A DNA stretch of 64,000 nt from the NCBI GenBank assembly GCA_963724295.1, contig CAVRUC010000002.1:224001-288000 (forward strand). The letters are read 5' to 3'. The notes under the pieces were generated by a model. That model had not been told where the DNA came from, did not search any database, and was given only the letters and a program-made list of their open reading frames with translations. The translations under genes were made by a program, and so were the position numbers. Of this stretch, positions 41,249 to 50,496 are shown one piece after another. This stretch comes from an uncultured Chloroflexia bacterium. GTDB lineage: Bacteria; Chloroflexota; Chloroflexia; Thermomicrobiales; UBA6265. The first letter of the stretch is position 1; every line of letters begins with the position of its first letter.

Positions 41249-43063
41249 TTGCGGGTCCGCATGACGATCCTTGCTGCCATTGCGCTGAGCCTGTTGTTAT
41301 CGCTGACCCTCGCTCCGCCGTTTACGCTGGCGCAAGATGCCACGCCGGTTCCAGTCGCCGGCTGCACTGCCGGCAGCAGCGGCATCGGTGATCCCTACTT
41401 TCCCTTGCTTGGGAACTCGGGCTACGACGTTCAGCACTACACCCTCGATCTTGACCTCGATGTCGCTGGTGGATTGATCGCCGCCGGACGCGCCACGATC
41501 GAGGCTGTCACCCTGCTCGACCTCTGTACGTTCAATCTCGATTTTCTTGGCCTGGAGATCGACGCTATCACGGTCGATGGGCAACCGGCGGCGTTTTCCC
41601 GGCACGGCGGCGAGCTCACGGTTCGACCCAACGCGCCGTTGGCAGCCGGCGGGCGCTTCACCACCGAGATTGCCTACCACGGTCGGCCGATCGGGCAGGA
41701 GGCGCCAACAGTCGTCACGCTTCTGGGCGACATCTTCGGCGCCATCCTGGGCGGCGGGGAGCAAAAGCCTGGACCGGAAGAAGGCGAGCAATACGGATCC
41801 GGGTGGTGGCGGGGTCGCGAGGAGATCTTCATCGCTGGCGAGCCGGCCGGCGCCGAATCGTGGTTCCCGGTCAATGGCCACCCGGCTGACAAGGCGACCT
41901 ACACCCTGCGCCTGACCGTTCCGGAACCGTATTCCGTGGTTTCCAACGGTATGTTGACCGAGACCAGTAGCACCGGAACCGGGACGACGACTGTCTGGGA
42001 ATCACGCAACCCAATGGCGAGCTATCTGGTGACGCTGCACGCCGGGAGACTGGCGATCGAGGTGCGCGAGGGGCCGCAGGGACTGCCGATCCGCACCGCC
42101 TTTGCCACCTCCGTTCCCCAGGCACAACGAGTCATGTTCGACCGCATGCCGGCGATGATCGACTATTTCGCATCGGTCTTCGGTCCCTATCCCTTCGAGT
42201 CGGCCGGTGGCACGGTCGTGGGGGCGCCGATTCCATTCGCGCTCGAAACCCAAACGCTGCCAATCTTTGGCGCGCTCCCACTAGTGGGCAGTTCCTCGCT
42301 CACCGGTGAAGAGTTGTCAGCTCTCGAGGCGTTGGTGGCCCACGAGCTCGCCCACCAATGGTTCGGCGACGCCGTCAGCCTGTTGCGCTGGCAAGACATC
42401 TGGCTGAACGAGGGCTTCGCGACCTACGCTCAGATCCTCTGGATCGAGCATACCCAAGGTGTGGTCGCCCGCAACCATCACGTAGCCAACGTCTACGCGT
42501 TCCATGCCGCGCTGAATCCGTTTCAGGATCCCGCCCAGCTCGCCTCCCTCAACGCCAGAGATGTCATCCAGGGCTATCGAACCTTCAGCCGTCGCTTCCT
42601 CGGAATCACCGTTGGCGAGCGGTTTGTGCGCGATTACCAGGGGGGGTTGGCAGCGGCCACGGAGGCGGACCTGGAGAACATCACCGGCGAGGAAGGACTG
42701 GCCCAACTCGCGGCGCTCGGCGTCACGGCGGACTATTTCCCCGGCCCTGACGCGCGCACCGGCGACCCCGGCCCAGGCGAGCTCTTCTCCCCTTCCATGG
42801 TTTACGAGCGCGGGGCGCTGACCCTCCACGCGCTGCGGCTGCACCTCGGCGACGAGGTGTTCTTCACCATTCTGCGAACCTGGATGGAGCGGTTCCACAA
42901 CGGGAACGCAACCACCGAAGACTTCATGGCCCTCGCCGAGGAAATAAGCGGCGAGCAACTCGACGACTTCTTCCAGTCCTGGCTCTTCGAGCCGGCCCTG
43001 CCAGACCTGCCTTCTGCACGCGACGCGGGTGCGGGGATGGCGACCCCGATCGTCGGCTCTTAG
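41249..43063 (+). CDS. Secreted M1-family aminopeptidase
   Basis: Signal peptide + AQDATP, ALETQT, HELAHQWFG...WLNEGFA, YERGA. Confidence 0.92.
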   Translation: MRVRMTILAAIALSLLLSLTLAPPFTLAQDATPVPVAGCTAGSSGIGDPYFPLLGNSGYDVQHYTLDLDLDVAGGLIAAGRATIEAVTLLDLCTFNLDFLGLEIDAITVDGQPAAFSRHGGELTVRPNAPLAAGGRFTTEIAYHGRPIGQEAPTVVTLLGDIFGAILGGGEQKPGPEEGEQYGSGWWRGREEIFIAGEPAGAESWFPVNGHPADKATYTLRLTVPEPYSVVSNGMLTETSSTGTGTTTVWESRNPMASYLVTLHAGRLAIEVREGPQGLPIRTAFATSVPQAQRVMFDRMPAMIDYFASVFGPYPFESAGGTVVGAPIPFALETQTLPIFGALPLVGSSSLTGEELSALEALVAHELAHQWFGDAVSLLRWQDIWLNEGFATYAQILWIEHTQGVVARNHHVANVYAFHAALNPFQDPAQLASLNARDVIQGYRTFSRRFLGITVGERFVRDYQGGLAAATEADLENITGEEGLAQLAALGVTADYFPGPDARTGDPGPGELFSPSMVYERGALTLHALRLHLGDEVFFTILRTWMERFHNGNATTEDFMALAEEISGEQLDDFFQSWLFEPALPDLPSARDAGAGMATPIVGS

Positions 43064-43295
43064 CTCGCGTATGACGCGTCCAGTGGGATATCACCAGCGG
43101 CCGGAGTGACACTGACGCAACTCGAGATCGATGAATCGCCGCCCTCTTGCGTCCAGATCATAAATCGCATACCGTGCATCCCGTTCAAGTACACCGTTTT
43201 CGAGGAGCGGTTCGCGTTCGCGAGGGGATGACCCGCGCCGTCCTGCGCCACGCATCTGTTCGTCGATAAGGGAACTCAACGACAAGGAGAACGAC

Positions 43296-44675
43296 ATGGC
43301 GACAACGCTCGAAAAGCCCGGTTCTTTCTCGTCTCTCCCCTGGAACTCGCTCGACGTCGCGATCGGTGGCGACCTGCTGCTTCCGGATGACGCTCGCTAC
43401 GAAGCAGCCCGCCAGGTCTGGAACGGGATGATCGACCGCCGTCCGGCGGCCATCGCTCGCGCTCGGACGACTGATGACGTCGTGGCGGCGGTGCGCTTCG
43501 CCCGCGAACATGGGCTCGAGGTCGCGGTTCGCGGCGGTGGGCACAGTGCGGCTGGTCTGGCCGTCGTCGACAACGGTCTGGTGATCGACCTGACCGAGAT
43601 GAACCAGGTGCAGGTCGACCCGGAGCGGCGTGTCGCCCGCGCCGGTGGCGGCGCCACCTGGAGGGACTTCGACGCCGCGACCCAGGCCCATGGCCTGGCG
43701 ACTACCGGCGGTGTGATCTCCACGACCGGGGTCGGCGGTCTCACCCTCGGCGGCGGCCTGGGCGTCCTGATGCGCTCGCGCGGTCTGGCCTGTGACAACC
43801 TAATCGGAGCGGAGGTCGTGCTCGCCGACGGGTCCGTCGTGCGCACCAGCGAGACGGAGTGGCCCGAGTTGCTCTGGGGTCTGCGCGGTGGCGGCGGTAA
43901 CTTCGGCGTCGTCACCGAGCTCGAATTCCGGCTCTATCCGCTGGACGACATGTACGCTGGACTGATCATCTATCCCCGGGTTCGCGGGGTCGAGGCGCTG
44001 CAGACCTATCGGGACCACACCGCTGTCGCGCCAGATGAGTTGAACACATTTATCGCGTTACTGAACACACCGGATGGCGTCCCGGTCGTGGCCTTCATCC
44101 CGGCGTTCGCCGGTGATGTCGCCGCGGGCGAAGCCGCCGTTGCCGGGTACCGGGCGATGGGCGAGCCGATCGCCGACCTGGTTGGTCCCATGCCTTACGT
44201 GGCTCTGCAACAGATGCTCGATGACGGATTCCAAGCGGGGCCTCACGTCTACTGGCGATCCCATTTCATCACCGGACTCCCCGACGAGGCGATCGACATC
44301 CTGGTTGCGGGGGCTAATGCGGCGCCCTCGCCCATGAGCAGCGTGTTGATCGAGCATCTGGGCGGCGCCGTAGCGCGGGTGGGGAAAGATGAGACCGCCT
44401 TCGATCATCGCGATGCCGAGTACAACTTCGCGGTCATCGCGGTGTGGACCGATCCAGCGGAGGCAGAGGCGAACATCGCCTGGGCACGCGAGCTGTGGAA
44501 TGCGATGCAGCCCTATGCCCGCGGCGTCTACGTGAACTACCTCGGGGTCGGCGACGACACGGACCGGGTGCGGGCGGCCTACGGGCCCGAGAAGTACGCC
44601 CGATTGGCCGCGTTGAAGCGAGAGGTTGACCCGGGGAACCTCTTCCGTCGCAATCAAAACATCCCGCCAGCGTAG
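43296..44675 (+). CDS. FAD-binding oxidoreductase (berberine bridge enzyme-like)
   Basis: VRGGGHS, GLRGGGGNFGVVT, YVNY, LKREVDPGNLF. Confidence 0.93.
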   Translation: MATTLEKPGSFSSLPWNSLDVAIGGDLLLPDDARYEAARQVWNGMIDRRPAAIARARTTDDVVAAVRFAREHGLEVAVRGGGHSAAGLAVVDNGLVIDLTEMNQVQVDPERRVARAGGGATWRDFDAATQAHGLATTGGVISTTGVGGLTLGGGLGVLMRSRGLACDNLIGAEVVLADGSVVRTSETEWPELLWGLRGGGGNFGVVTELEFRLYPLDDMYAGLIIYPRVRGVEALQTYRDHTAVAPDELNTFIALLNTPDGVPVVAFIPAFAGDVAAGEAAVAGYRAMGEPIADLVGPMPYVALQQMLDDGFQAGPHVYWRSHFITGLPDEAIDILVAGANAAPSPMSSVLIEHLGGAVARVGKDETAFDHRDAEYNFAVIAVWTDPAEAEANIAWARELWNAMQPYARGVYVNYLGVGDDTDRVRAAYGPEKYARLAALKREVDPGNLFRRNQNIPPA

Positions 44676-44683
44676 GGAAATAG

Positions 44684-44711
44684 AGAGGCGCGGCAGCCAT
44701 GCCGCGCCTCT
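44684..44711. terminator. 12-bp hairpin after the FAD oxidoreductase
   Basis: AGAGGCGCGGCA-gcca-TGCCGCGCCTCT. Confidence 0.55.
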
Positions 44712-44718
44712 CCGGAGT

Positions 44719-44748
44719 TTGACATTCCCCGCAAATCTCGGCTATTCT
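44719..44748 (+). promoter_or_regulatory. Sigma70-type promoter of the T-box/tRNA/leuS unit
   Basis: TTGACA-N18-TATTCT, ending 5 nt before Stem I. Confidence 0.75.
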
Positions 44749-44939
44749 CGTCAGGCTGTGACCGGGAGTAGTAGACCCCACTTGCCAGCGAGCCGCCGGG
44801 TGGTGCAAGGCGGCAACCGGGGTCGAACTCGCCCGTGAGCCGTGACGGTGAACCGGGGATTTGTCGTTCCCATGAGTCGTCACCGGGTTGCCTCCGTTAG
44901 CGGGCCTCAGAGTGGATCGTAACCGCGCCGGGTCGCCCT

Positions 44940-45015
44940 GGGGCTGTAGCTCATCCGGGAGAGCGCAACACTGGCAGTGTTGAGGTAAGGGGTTCGAGTC
45001 CCCTCAGCTCCACCA
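44940..45015 (+). tRNA. tRNA-Ala(GGC), 76 nt, encoded CCA
   Basis: Full cloverleaf: GGGGCTG/CAGCTCC with G3-U70, D-arm GCTC/GAGC, anticodon arm CAACA-CT GGC AG-TGTTG, T-arm AGGGG-TTCGAGT-CCCCT, ACCA end. Confidence 0.97.
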
Positions 45016-45061
45016 GGACCCGCCGGCAACGATCAACCAGGGTGGTACCGCGGAGGCGCAC

Positions 45062-45098
45062 AAGCCTTTCGTCCCTGACCGGGACGAGAGGCTTTTTG
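45062..45098 (+). terminator. Intrinsic terminator of the T-box leader
   Basis: AAGCCTTTCGTCCC-tgacc-GGGACGAGAGGCTT followed by TTTG; overlaps the antiterminator. Confidence 0.9.
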
Positions 45099-45125
45099 TA
45101 TTTCAGACCAGGACGGGGAAGCGAC

Positions 45126-47681
45126 ATGGCGACGACAACCGAAACTCCAACGCGCACGACGCCCACATCGTCCATTTCGCCCGTGCACGCGGAACGTTAC
45201 GATCCCGCCGTAATCGAGGAGAAGTGGCGCGAGCGCTGGGAGCGCGACGATCTCTACCGGGTCGACGACGATGCCCCGGGCGAGAAGTGGTACTCGCTGA
45301 CAATGTATCCGTATCCCTCCGGCGTTCTCCACATCGGGCATTGGTATGCCTTCGCCATCCCCGATGTCTACGCCCGCCTGCAGCGCATGCGCGGCTACAA
45401 CGTCCTCTTCCCGATGGGGTTCGATGCCTTCGGCCTGCCCGCGGAGAATGCCGCGATCCGCCACGGCATCCATCCCGCCATCTGGACCTTCGAGAACATC
45501 GCCGCCATGCGCCAGCAGTATCGCCAGATGGGAGCCATGATCGACTGGAGCCGGGAGATCGCCAGCTGCACTCCCGACTTCTACCGCTGGAATCAGTGGC
45601 TCTTCCTGCAGATGCTGGAGCGGGGGCTGGCTTACCGGGCCAAGGGCGCGGTCTGGTGGTGTCCGCAGGACCAGACGGTGCTCGCCAACGAGCAGGTGCT
45701 GGAAGGCAACATCTGCGAGCGCTGCGGGACAGAGGTCTTCAAGCGTGACCTCGAGCAGTGGTACTTCCGCATCACCGATTACGCCGAAGAGCTGTTGCAC
45801 GACACCGAGGCACTCGACTGGCCGGAACGCGTGAAGACGATGCAGCGCAACTGGATCGGCCGCTCCGAGGGAGCGCGTCTGCGCTTCATGCTGGAGACTC
45901 CCCCCTCCAGTGGAGGGGGGCTTGGGGGGGAGGCCGGGGATGGGCTGGAGGTCTTCACCACCCGCCCGGACACTGTCTGGGGCGCGACCTTCATGGTGAT
46001 GGCGCCCGAGCATCCGCTGGTGGCCAAGATCACCACCCCCGAGCGGCAGGCAGACGTCGACGCCTACATCGAGCAGGCGCGCCGGCAGACCGAGATCGAA
46101 CGCATGTCGACCGACGAGGCCCGGGCGCGGACCGGGGTCTTTACCGGCGGCTACGCCGTCAACCCCGTCACTGATGAGCGCATCCCGGTCTGGATCGCCG
46201 ACTACGTGCTGATGGGCTACGGCACCGGGGCAATCATGGCGGTGCCCTTCGGTGACCAACGCGACTTCGAGTTCGCCCGCGCCTTCGATCTGCCGATCCG
46301 GGCCATCGTCCGTCCGGAAAGCGGCGATGAGTTGGACCCAACCACCATGACCGAGGCCTACGACGGCCCCGGCGTGCTAGTCGACTCCGGACCGATGACC
46401 GGCAAGCGGGTACCAGAGGAGTTGCCGGAGGTCATTCGCTGGCTGGAAGAGACCGGCCGCGGCAAGGCGGAGGTGACCTACCGTCTGCGCGACTGGCTGA
46501 TCTCCCGCCAGCGCTACTGGGGCACGCCGATCCCGGTGATCTACTGCGACGATTGCGGCATGGTTCCGGTGCCGGAGAACCAGCTGCCGGTGGAGCTCCC
46601 GCTGGACGCCGCGTTCACCCCCACCGGGCAGTCGCCGCTGGTGACGCACGAGGAGTTCCTCAACACGACCTGTCCGCGCTGCGGCGGCGCCGCGCGGCGC
46701 GAGACCGACACCATGGACACATTCGTCGATTCGTCCTGGTACTGGTTCCGCTACACCTCCCCGCGGGAGGAGGACGGACCATTCGACCCGGAGACAGCCG
46801 AGCGCTGGACGCCGGTCGACCTCTATTGCGGTGGTATCGAACACGCCATCCTGCACCTGCTCTACGCTCGCTTCTTCACCAAGGTGATCCGCGACCTGGG
46901 TCTGATCGAGCACGGGGAGCCATTCCTGCGCCTGCGCAACCAGGGCATGATCCTGGCCGAAGAGGGGACCAAGATGAGCAAGAGCCGGGGCACGCAGATC
47001 GCCCCGGACGAGCTGGTCGCCCAGCACGGCGCGGACGCCCTGCGGCTGCACCTGATGTACCTGGGTCCCTGGGACCAGGGTGGTCCCTGGAACTCGCGCG
47101 GGATCGCCGGCATGGAGCGCTTCATCCGGCGTGCCTATGGACTGGTGACGGAGACCGGGGACGGGCCGTTCGACCAGCCGCTATCGGAGTCGGAGATCGC
47201 ACCGTTGCGCCGGCTGCGCGCGAAGACGATCCGGCGCGTGACGACCGACCTGGACGAGTTTCAGTTCAACACCATGGTCGCCGCCTTGATCGAGTATGTG
47301 AACGAGCTGATGAAGCTGCGCGAGACCGCGCTGATCCATACCCCGGAGTGGCGAGAGGCACTGGAGACGCTCGTCCTGCTGATGGCGCCCAGCACCCCCT
47401 ACGTCGCCGAGGAGCTGTGGGAGCGTCTGGGGATGCCCTATTCGGTGCATCATCAGTCGTGGCCGGAGTACGAGTTCGCGCTGACCCAGGACGACGCCGT
47501 CGAAGTCGTGGTGCAGGTCAACGGCAAGGTGCGCGACCGGCTGCTGCTGCCGGTCGATCTGCCCGAAGACGTCGCCCGAGCACGCGTCATGGCCCAACCG
47601 AAGATTGCCGAGGCGATTGCCAGCCGCGAGCCGCGCAAAGTGATCTACGTACCGGGGCGATTAATCAACATCGTGGTGTAG
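45126..47681 (+). CDS. leuS: Leucine--tRNA ligase
   Basis: MYPYPSGVLHIGH, VFTTRPDT, YGTGAIMAVP, DWLISRQRYWG, KMSKS, VQVNGKVR. Confidence 0.97.
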   Translation: MATTTETPTRTTPTSSISPVHAERYDPAVIEEKWRERWERDDLYRVDDDAPGEKWYSLTMYPYPSGVLHIGHWYAFAIPDVYARLQRMRGYNVLFPMGFDAFGLPAENAAIRHGIHPAIWTFENIAAMRQQYRQMGAMIDWSREIASCTPDFYRWNQWLFLQMLERGLAYRAKGAVWWCPQDQTVLANEQVLEGNICERCGTEVFKRDLEQWYFRITDYAEELLHDTEALDWPERVKTMQRNWIGRSEGARLRFMLETPPSSGGGLGGEAGDGLEVFTTRPDTVWGATFMVMAPEHPLVAKITTPERQADVDAYIEQARRQTEIERMSTDEARARTGVFTGGYAVNPVTDERIPVWIADYVLMGYGTGAIMAVPFGDQRDFEFARAFDLPIRAIVRPESGDELDPTTMTEAYDGPGVLVDSGPMTGKRVPEELPEVIRWLEETGRGKAEVTYRLRDWLISRQRYWGTPIPVIYCDDCGMVPVPENQLPVELPLDAAFTPTGQSPLVTHEEFLNTTCPRCGGAARRETDTMDTFVDSSWYWFRYTSPREEDGPFDPETAERWTPVDLYCGGIEHAILHLLYARFFTKVIRDLGLIEHGEPFLRLRNQGMILAEEGTKMSKSRGTQIAPDELVAQHGADALRLHLMYLGPWDQGGPWNSRGIAGMERFIRRAYGLVTETGDGPFDQPLSESEIAPLRRLRAKTIRRVTTDLDEFQFNTMVAALIEYVNELMKLRETALIHTPEWREALETLVLLMAPSTPYVAEELWERLGMPYSVHHQSWPEYEFALTQDDAVEVVVQVNGKVRDRLLLPVDLPEDVARARVMAQPKIAEAIASREPRKVIYVPGRLINIVV

Positions 47682-47772
47682 CGGCGAGGAGTTTTTGAGG
47701 CCAGAGGCCGCGAGGCTGTGGCGGGGTATGTATGATACCTGCCGGACACGTATCACTGATGGAACTGTTCAG

Positions 47773-48033
47773 ATGAGCCAGATACACCTTGAAGTCGAAG
47801 AGGACGTCGCGGAGTTGCTCGGAAGCTCACCGGAGCAGATTGAACGGAGTGCTCTCGAAATGATCGTCCTGGAGCTCTATCGACGACGCGAGCTCTCGGC
47901 GGGTCGCGCTGGCGAGCTTCTTGGAATCGACCGGTTCGCATTCATTCGTTGGTCCGGAGCACTCGGCATCCCGTATCTGGATATGACTCATGAGGAGTGG
48001 CAACAAGAGCTTCGCGTGCTCGAGAAACTGTGA
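47773..48033 (+). CDS. UPF0175-family protein, putative antitoxin
   Basis: ELYRRRELSAGRAGELLGIDRFAF; GTGA overlap with the PIN gene. Confidence 0.8.
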   Translation: MSQIHLEVEEDVAELLGSSPEQIERSALEMIVLELYRRRELSAGRAGELLGIDRFAFIRWSGALGIPYLDMTHEEWQQELRVLEKL

Positions 48034-48497
48034 CGGCTGGCATCGCGCTCACTGACTCGAGCCCGCTCATCATTTCTTGTCAGATTGGACGCCTGGAACT
48101 GCTGCAAACCCTGTTTGATGCTGTCGTCGCTCCACCCGCTGTCACTCAAGAGATCGCGCCGTCGCTCGGTGCACTGCCGGCATGGATACATGAGCGTCAC
48201 TTCACGACGATTCCGGATCTGGTGATGTCTCTGGATGCCGGCGAGCGTGAAGCAACCGCTTTGGCGCTTCACGTTTCCGCCGACGTTATCGTTCTGGATG
48301 ACCTCGATGGTCGGCGGAGAGCCGCACAGTTCGGATTGGACGTGATCGGATCGGCTGGGATCCTGCTTCAAGCGCGTCGTCGCGGGCTCATTGACGCTGT
48401 TCGGCCGGAGCTGGATGCGATGATCACCAATGGATTCTATGTCAGTGGACAGCTCTATCACGAAGTCCTAGCGGCTGCCGGCGAAGAGGATTCATGA
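48030..48497 (+). CDS. DUF3368-type PIN-domain protein, putative VapC-like toxin
   Basis: TDSSPLI, LDAGEREA, VLDDLDGRR, IGSAGIL. Confidence 0.85.
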   Translation: MTAGIALTDSSPLIISCQIGRLELLQTLFDAVVAPPAVTQEIAPSLGALPAWIHERHFTTIPDLVMSLDAGEREATALALHVSADVIVLDDLDGRRRAAQFGLDVIGSAGILLQARRRGLIDAVRPELDAMITNGFYVSGQLYHEVLAAAGEEDS

Positions 48498-48498
48498 G

Positions 48499-49488
48499 AT
48501 GACTGGTGATGCCCCGGTCAGGGCCGATTCACTGGTCGCTGATGAGAAATTCCTCGCTTCGAGGAGGGATGCCATGCGGGAAATCCGCCAGCAGGGTCCG
48601 TATCACTACGTCTTCAGCCGCTACGTCGACCCCATCGCCACGGTCCAGCCAGGCGAGACGGTGGCGATCTACACCGACGACGCGTTCGAGAGCCAGATCA
48701 CGCAACCGAACGACACGCCCTCGGAGATCCTGGGCGCCTATCTCAACCCGCAGACTGGTCCAATCTACGTCGAGGGCGCGGACCCGGGCGATACCCTGGC
48801 CGTGAGAATCGAAAACATCGAGCCAACGCGCGATTGGGCGGTCAGCGTCTTCGTCCCCTTCTTCGGCGGTCTCACCAGCACCAAGCTGACCCGCATGCTG
48901 CAAGACCCGCTGCCGGAAAAAGTCTGGCTGTACCAGCTCGCGGATGGCTGGCTCACCCATAACGAGCGGCTACGCTTCCCCTGGCGGCCGTTCATGGGAA
49001 CCATCGGCACGGCACCCGAGCTGGAGGCGCTCTCGGCGCTGACTCCGTTCGACCACGGGGGGAATATGGACGTGCCGGACATCAAACCCGGCAACACCGT
49101 CTACCTGCCGGTGCGCGTGCCCGGGGCCTTCTTTTTCACCGGTGATTGCCATGCAGGTCAGGGGCAGGGCGAGCTCTGCGGCGTCGCGCTGGAGATCTCC
49201 GCCCGGGTGACGTTGACCTTCGACCTGATCAAGCAGCGGCCGATCGCCTGGCCGCGCATCGAGAGCCCGGACGAACTGATGACCGTCGGCAGCGCTCGTC
49301 CCATGGAGGACGCCGCCCGCATCGCCTACACCGAGCTCATCGAGTGGATGATCGAGCTTGGCTGGGACCGCCTCGAGGCCTACGAGGCGCTCACCCAGAT
49401 CGGCGATCTCTACGTCGGCAACATGGTCGACACCTATTACTCCCTCGTCGCCAAGATTCGCAAGGAATACGCGATCATTGGTGGGTGA
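48499..49488 (+). CDS. Acetamidase/formamidase-family protein
   Basis: NPQTGPIYVEGA, HGGNMD, GDCHAGQGQGE. Confidence 0.92.
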   Translation: MTGDAPVRADSLVADEKFLASRRDAMREIRQQGPYHYVFSRYVDPIATVQPGETVAIYTDDAFESQITQPNDTPSEILGAYLNPQTGPIYVEGADPGDTLAVRIENIEPTRDWAVSVFVPFFGGLTSTKLTRMLQDPLPEKVWLYQLADGWLTHNERLRFPWRPFMGTIGTAPELEALSALTPFDHGGNMDVPDIKPGNTVYLPVRVPGAFFFTGDCHAGQGQGELCGVALEISARVTLTFDLIKQRPIAWPRIESPDELMTVGSARPMEDAARIAYTELIEWMIELGWDRLEAYEALTQIGDLYVGNMVDTYYSLVAKIRKEYAIIGG

Positions 49489-49509
49489 TGGGTGATTGGA
49501 CGAGGGGCA

Positions 49510-49878
49510 ATGACAGATCCAGTGATAGCCGAACAGGATGAGGTCATTGCCTGCCTCCTGTCCGAGCGGGAGTACGCGATTCGGGGCGAGGAGATCGCGG
49601 GCGGCCTCTTCGCCGCGGTCGAAGAAGTCGCCGAGCTACCGGATGGCTACGGGTACCGCTTCTCGGGAGATGGCAGCTAGCTCGGGCCACTGCTGGCGTT
49701 CATTGCAGCTGAGCGCCGCTGCTGTCCGTTCTTGACCTTCGAGATCGCCTTCAAGCCGTATGGCGGACCGCTGTGGCTGCGGATGCGTGGCTCGCCGCGG
49801 GTGAAAGCGTTCATTGCGGAGGCGTTCAATGCCCGGGTTGCGGGTCCCGCTCCAATGGGCACGAGCCACGTGCCGTGA
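49510..49878 (+). pseudogene. Small ERRCCPF-motif protein interrupted by an in-frame TAG
   Basis: IACLL...ELPDGYGYRF, TAG 49678-49680, then same-frame AAERRCCPFLTFEI...LRMRG to TGA 49878. Confidence 0.7.
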
Positions 49879-50004
49879 TCGGCCAAACGGGACACGAGTC
49901 GCCAGGACCGCGCTCGCCGGGGTGTGGATCCCTGTAGAATCCCGCATTGACCGGTAATCAGACCATCAGCTTTCCTTTACCAGCATGAACCCGTCCGGGA
50001 AGAG

Positions 50005-50454
50005 ATGTCGGAGGCGCACATGGACAACGAGCCCCACGACCGCAAGCCGCGTGCTCACGGACCGGGTGGCAGGCCATACCCTCTCCACAAGGTGGCCGCG
50101 GCCATGCCCCGCGACATGACGGACGGGGTGGTCACCGCGCTGGAAGCGGCCGGCTTCGCCCGGGACCGGATCGAGGTGGTGACGGGGGAGGATGTGTCCG
50201 ACCTCGACCAGCCGATTGGCGGGTCCGGCATTCGCGGGTTCCTGACCCGGTTCAGTCTCAGCCTGGGTGACGACCTCGACGAGATCGAGCAGGCGCGGAG
50301 CGAGCTCACCTATGGCCACGCGTTGGTCCTGGTGATGGTCGACGGGATGGACGAGCAGCAGCGGGCGCACGACGTCCTGCACGAGCACGGCGGCCACTCC
50401 ATACGCTACTTTGGACGGTGGGCCATTACCAGCTACGACGGCGACGCCCATTGA
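50005..50454 (+). CDS. Hypothetical protein
   Basis: Good codon pattern; probable start at ATG 50020 after GGAGG. Confidence 0.7.
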   Translation: MSEAHMDNEPHDRKPRAHGPGGRPYPLHKVAAAMPRDMTDGVVTALEAAGFARDRIEVVTGEDVSDLDQPIGGSGIRGFLTRFSLSLGDDLDEIEQARSELTYGHALVLVMVDGMDEQQRAHDVLHEHGGHSIRYFGRWAITSYDGDAH

Positions 50455-50496
50455 TAGCGTCGTCTGATCAATCGGCTGGGGAGAACACGGACCACT

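Larger units (their letters stand above)
44754..45098 (+). ncRNA. Leucine T-box riboswitch (transcriptional) of leuS
   Basis: Stem I 44754-44841 with K-turn GA/TGA, AGTA loop-E, AGCGA AG-bulge, GGTG distal loop and GAA-CTC specifier (Leu, 44828-44830); Stem II 44842-44883; CCGTTA 44894-44899; T-box AACCAGGGTGGTACCGCG 45035-45052; antiterminator partner CGTCCCTG 45070-45077. Confidence 0.93.

Noticed and set aside
44940..45015. tRNA as a prophage or island attachment site
   Set aside because: No integrase and no duplicated tRNA 3' end seen; the flanks are T-box elements
45033..47698. Long alternative-frame and antisense ORFs over leuS and other genes
   Set aside because: Expected shadow ORFs in high-GC DNA with no recognisable motifs
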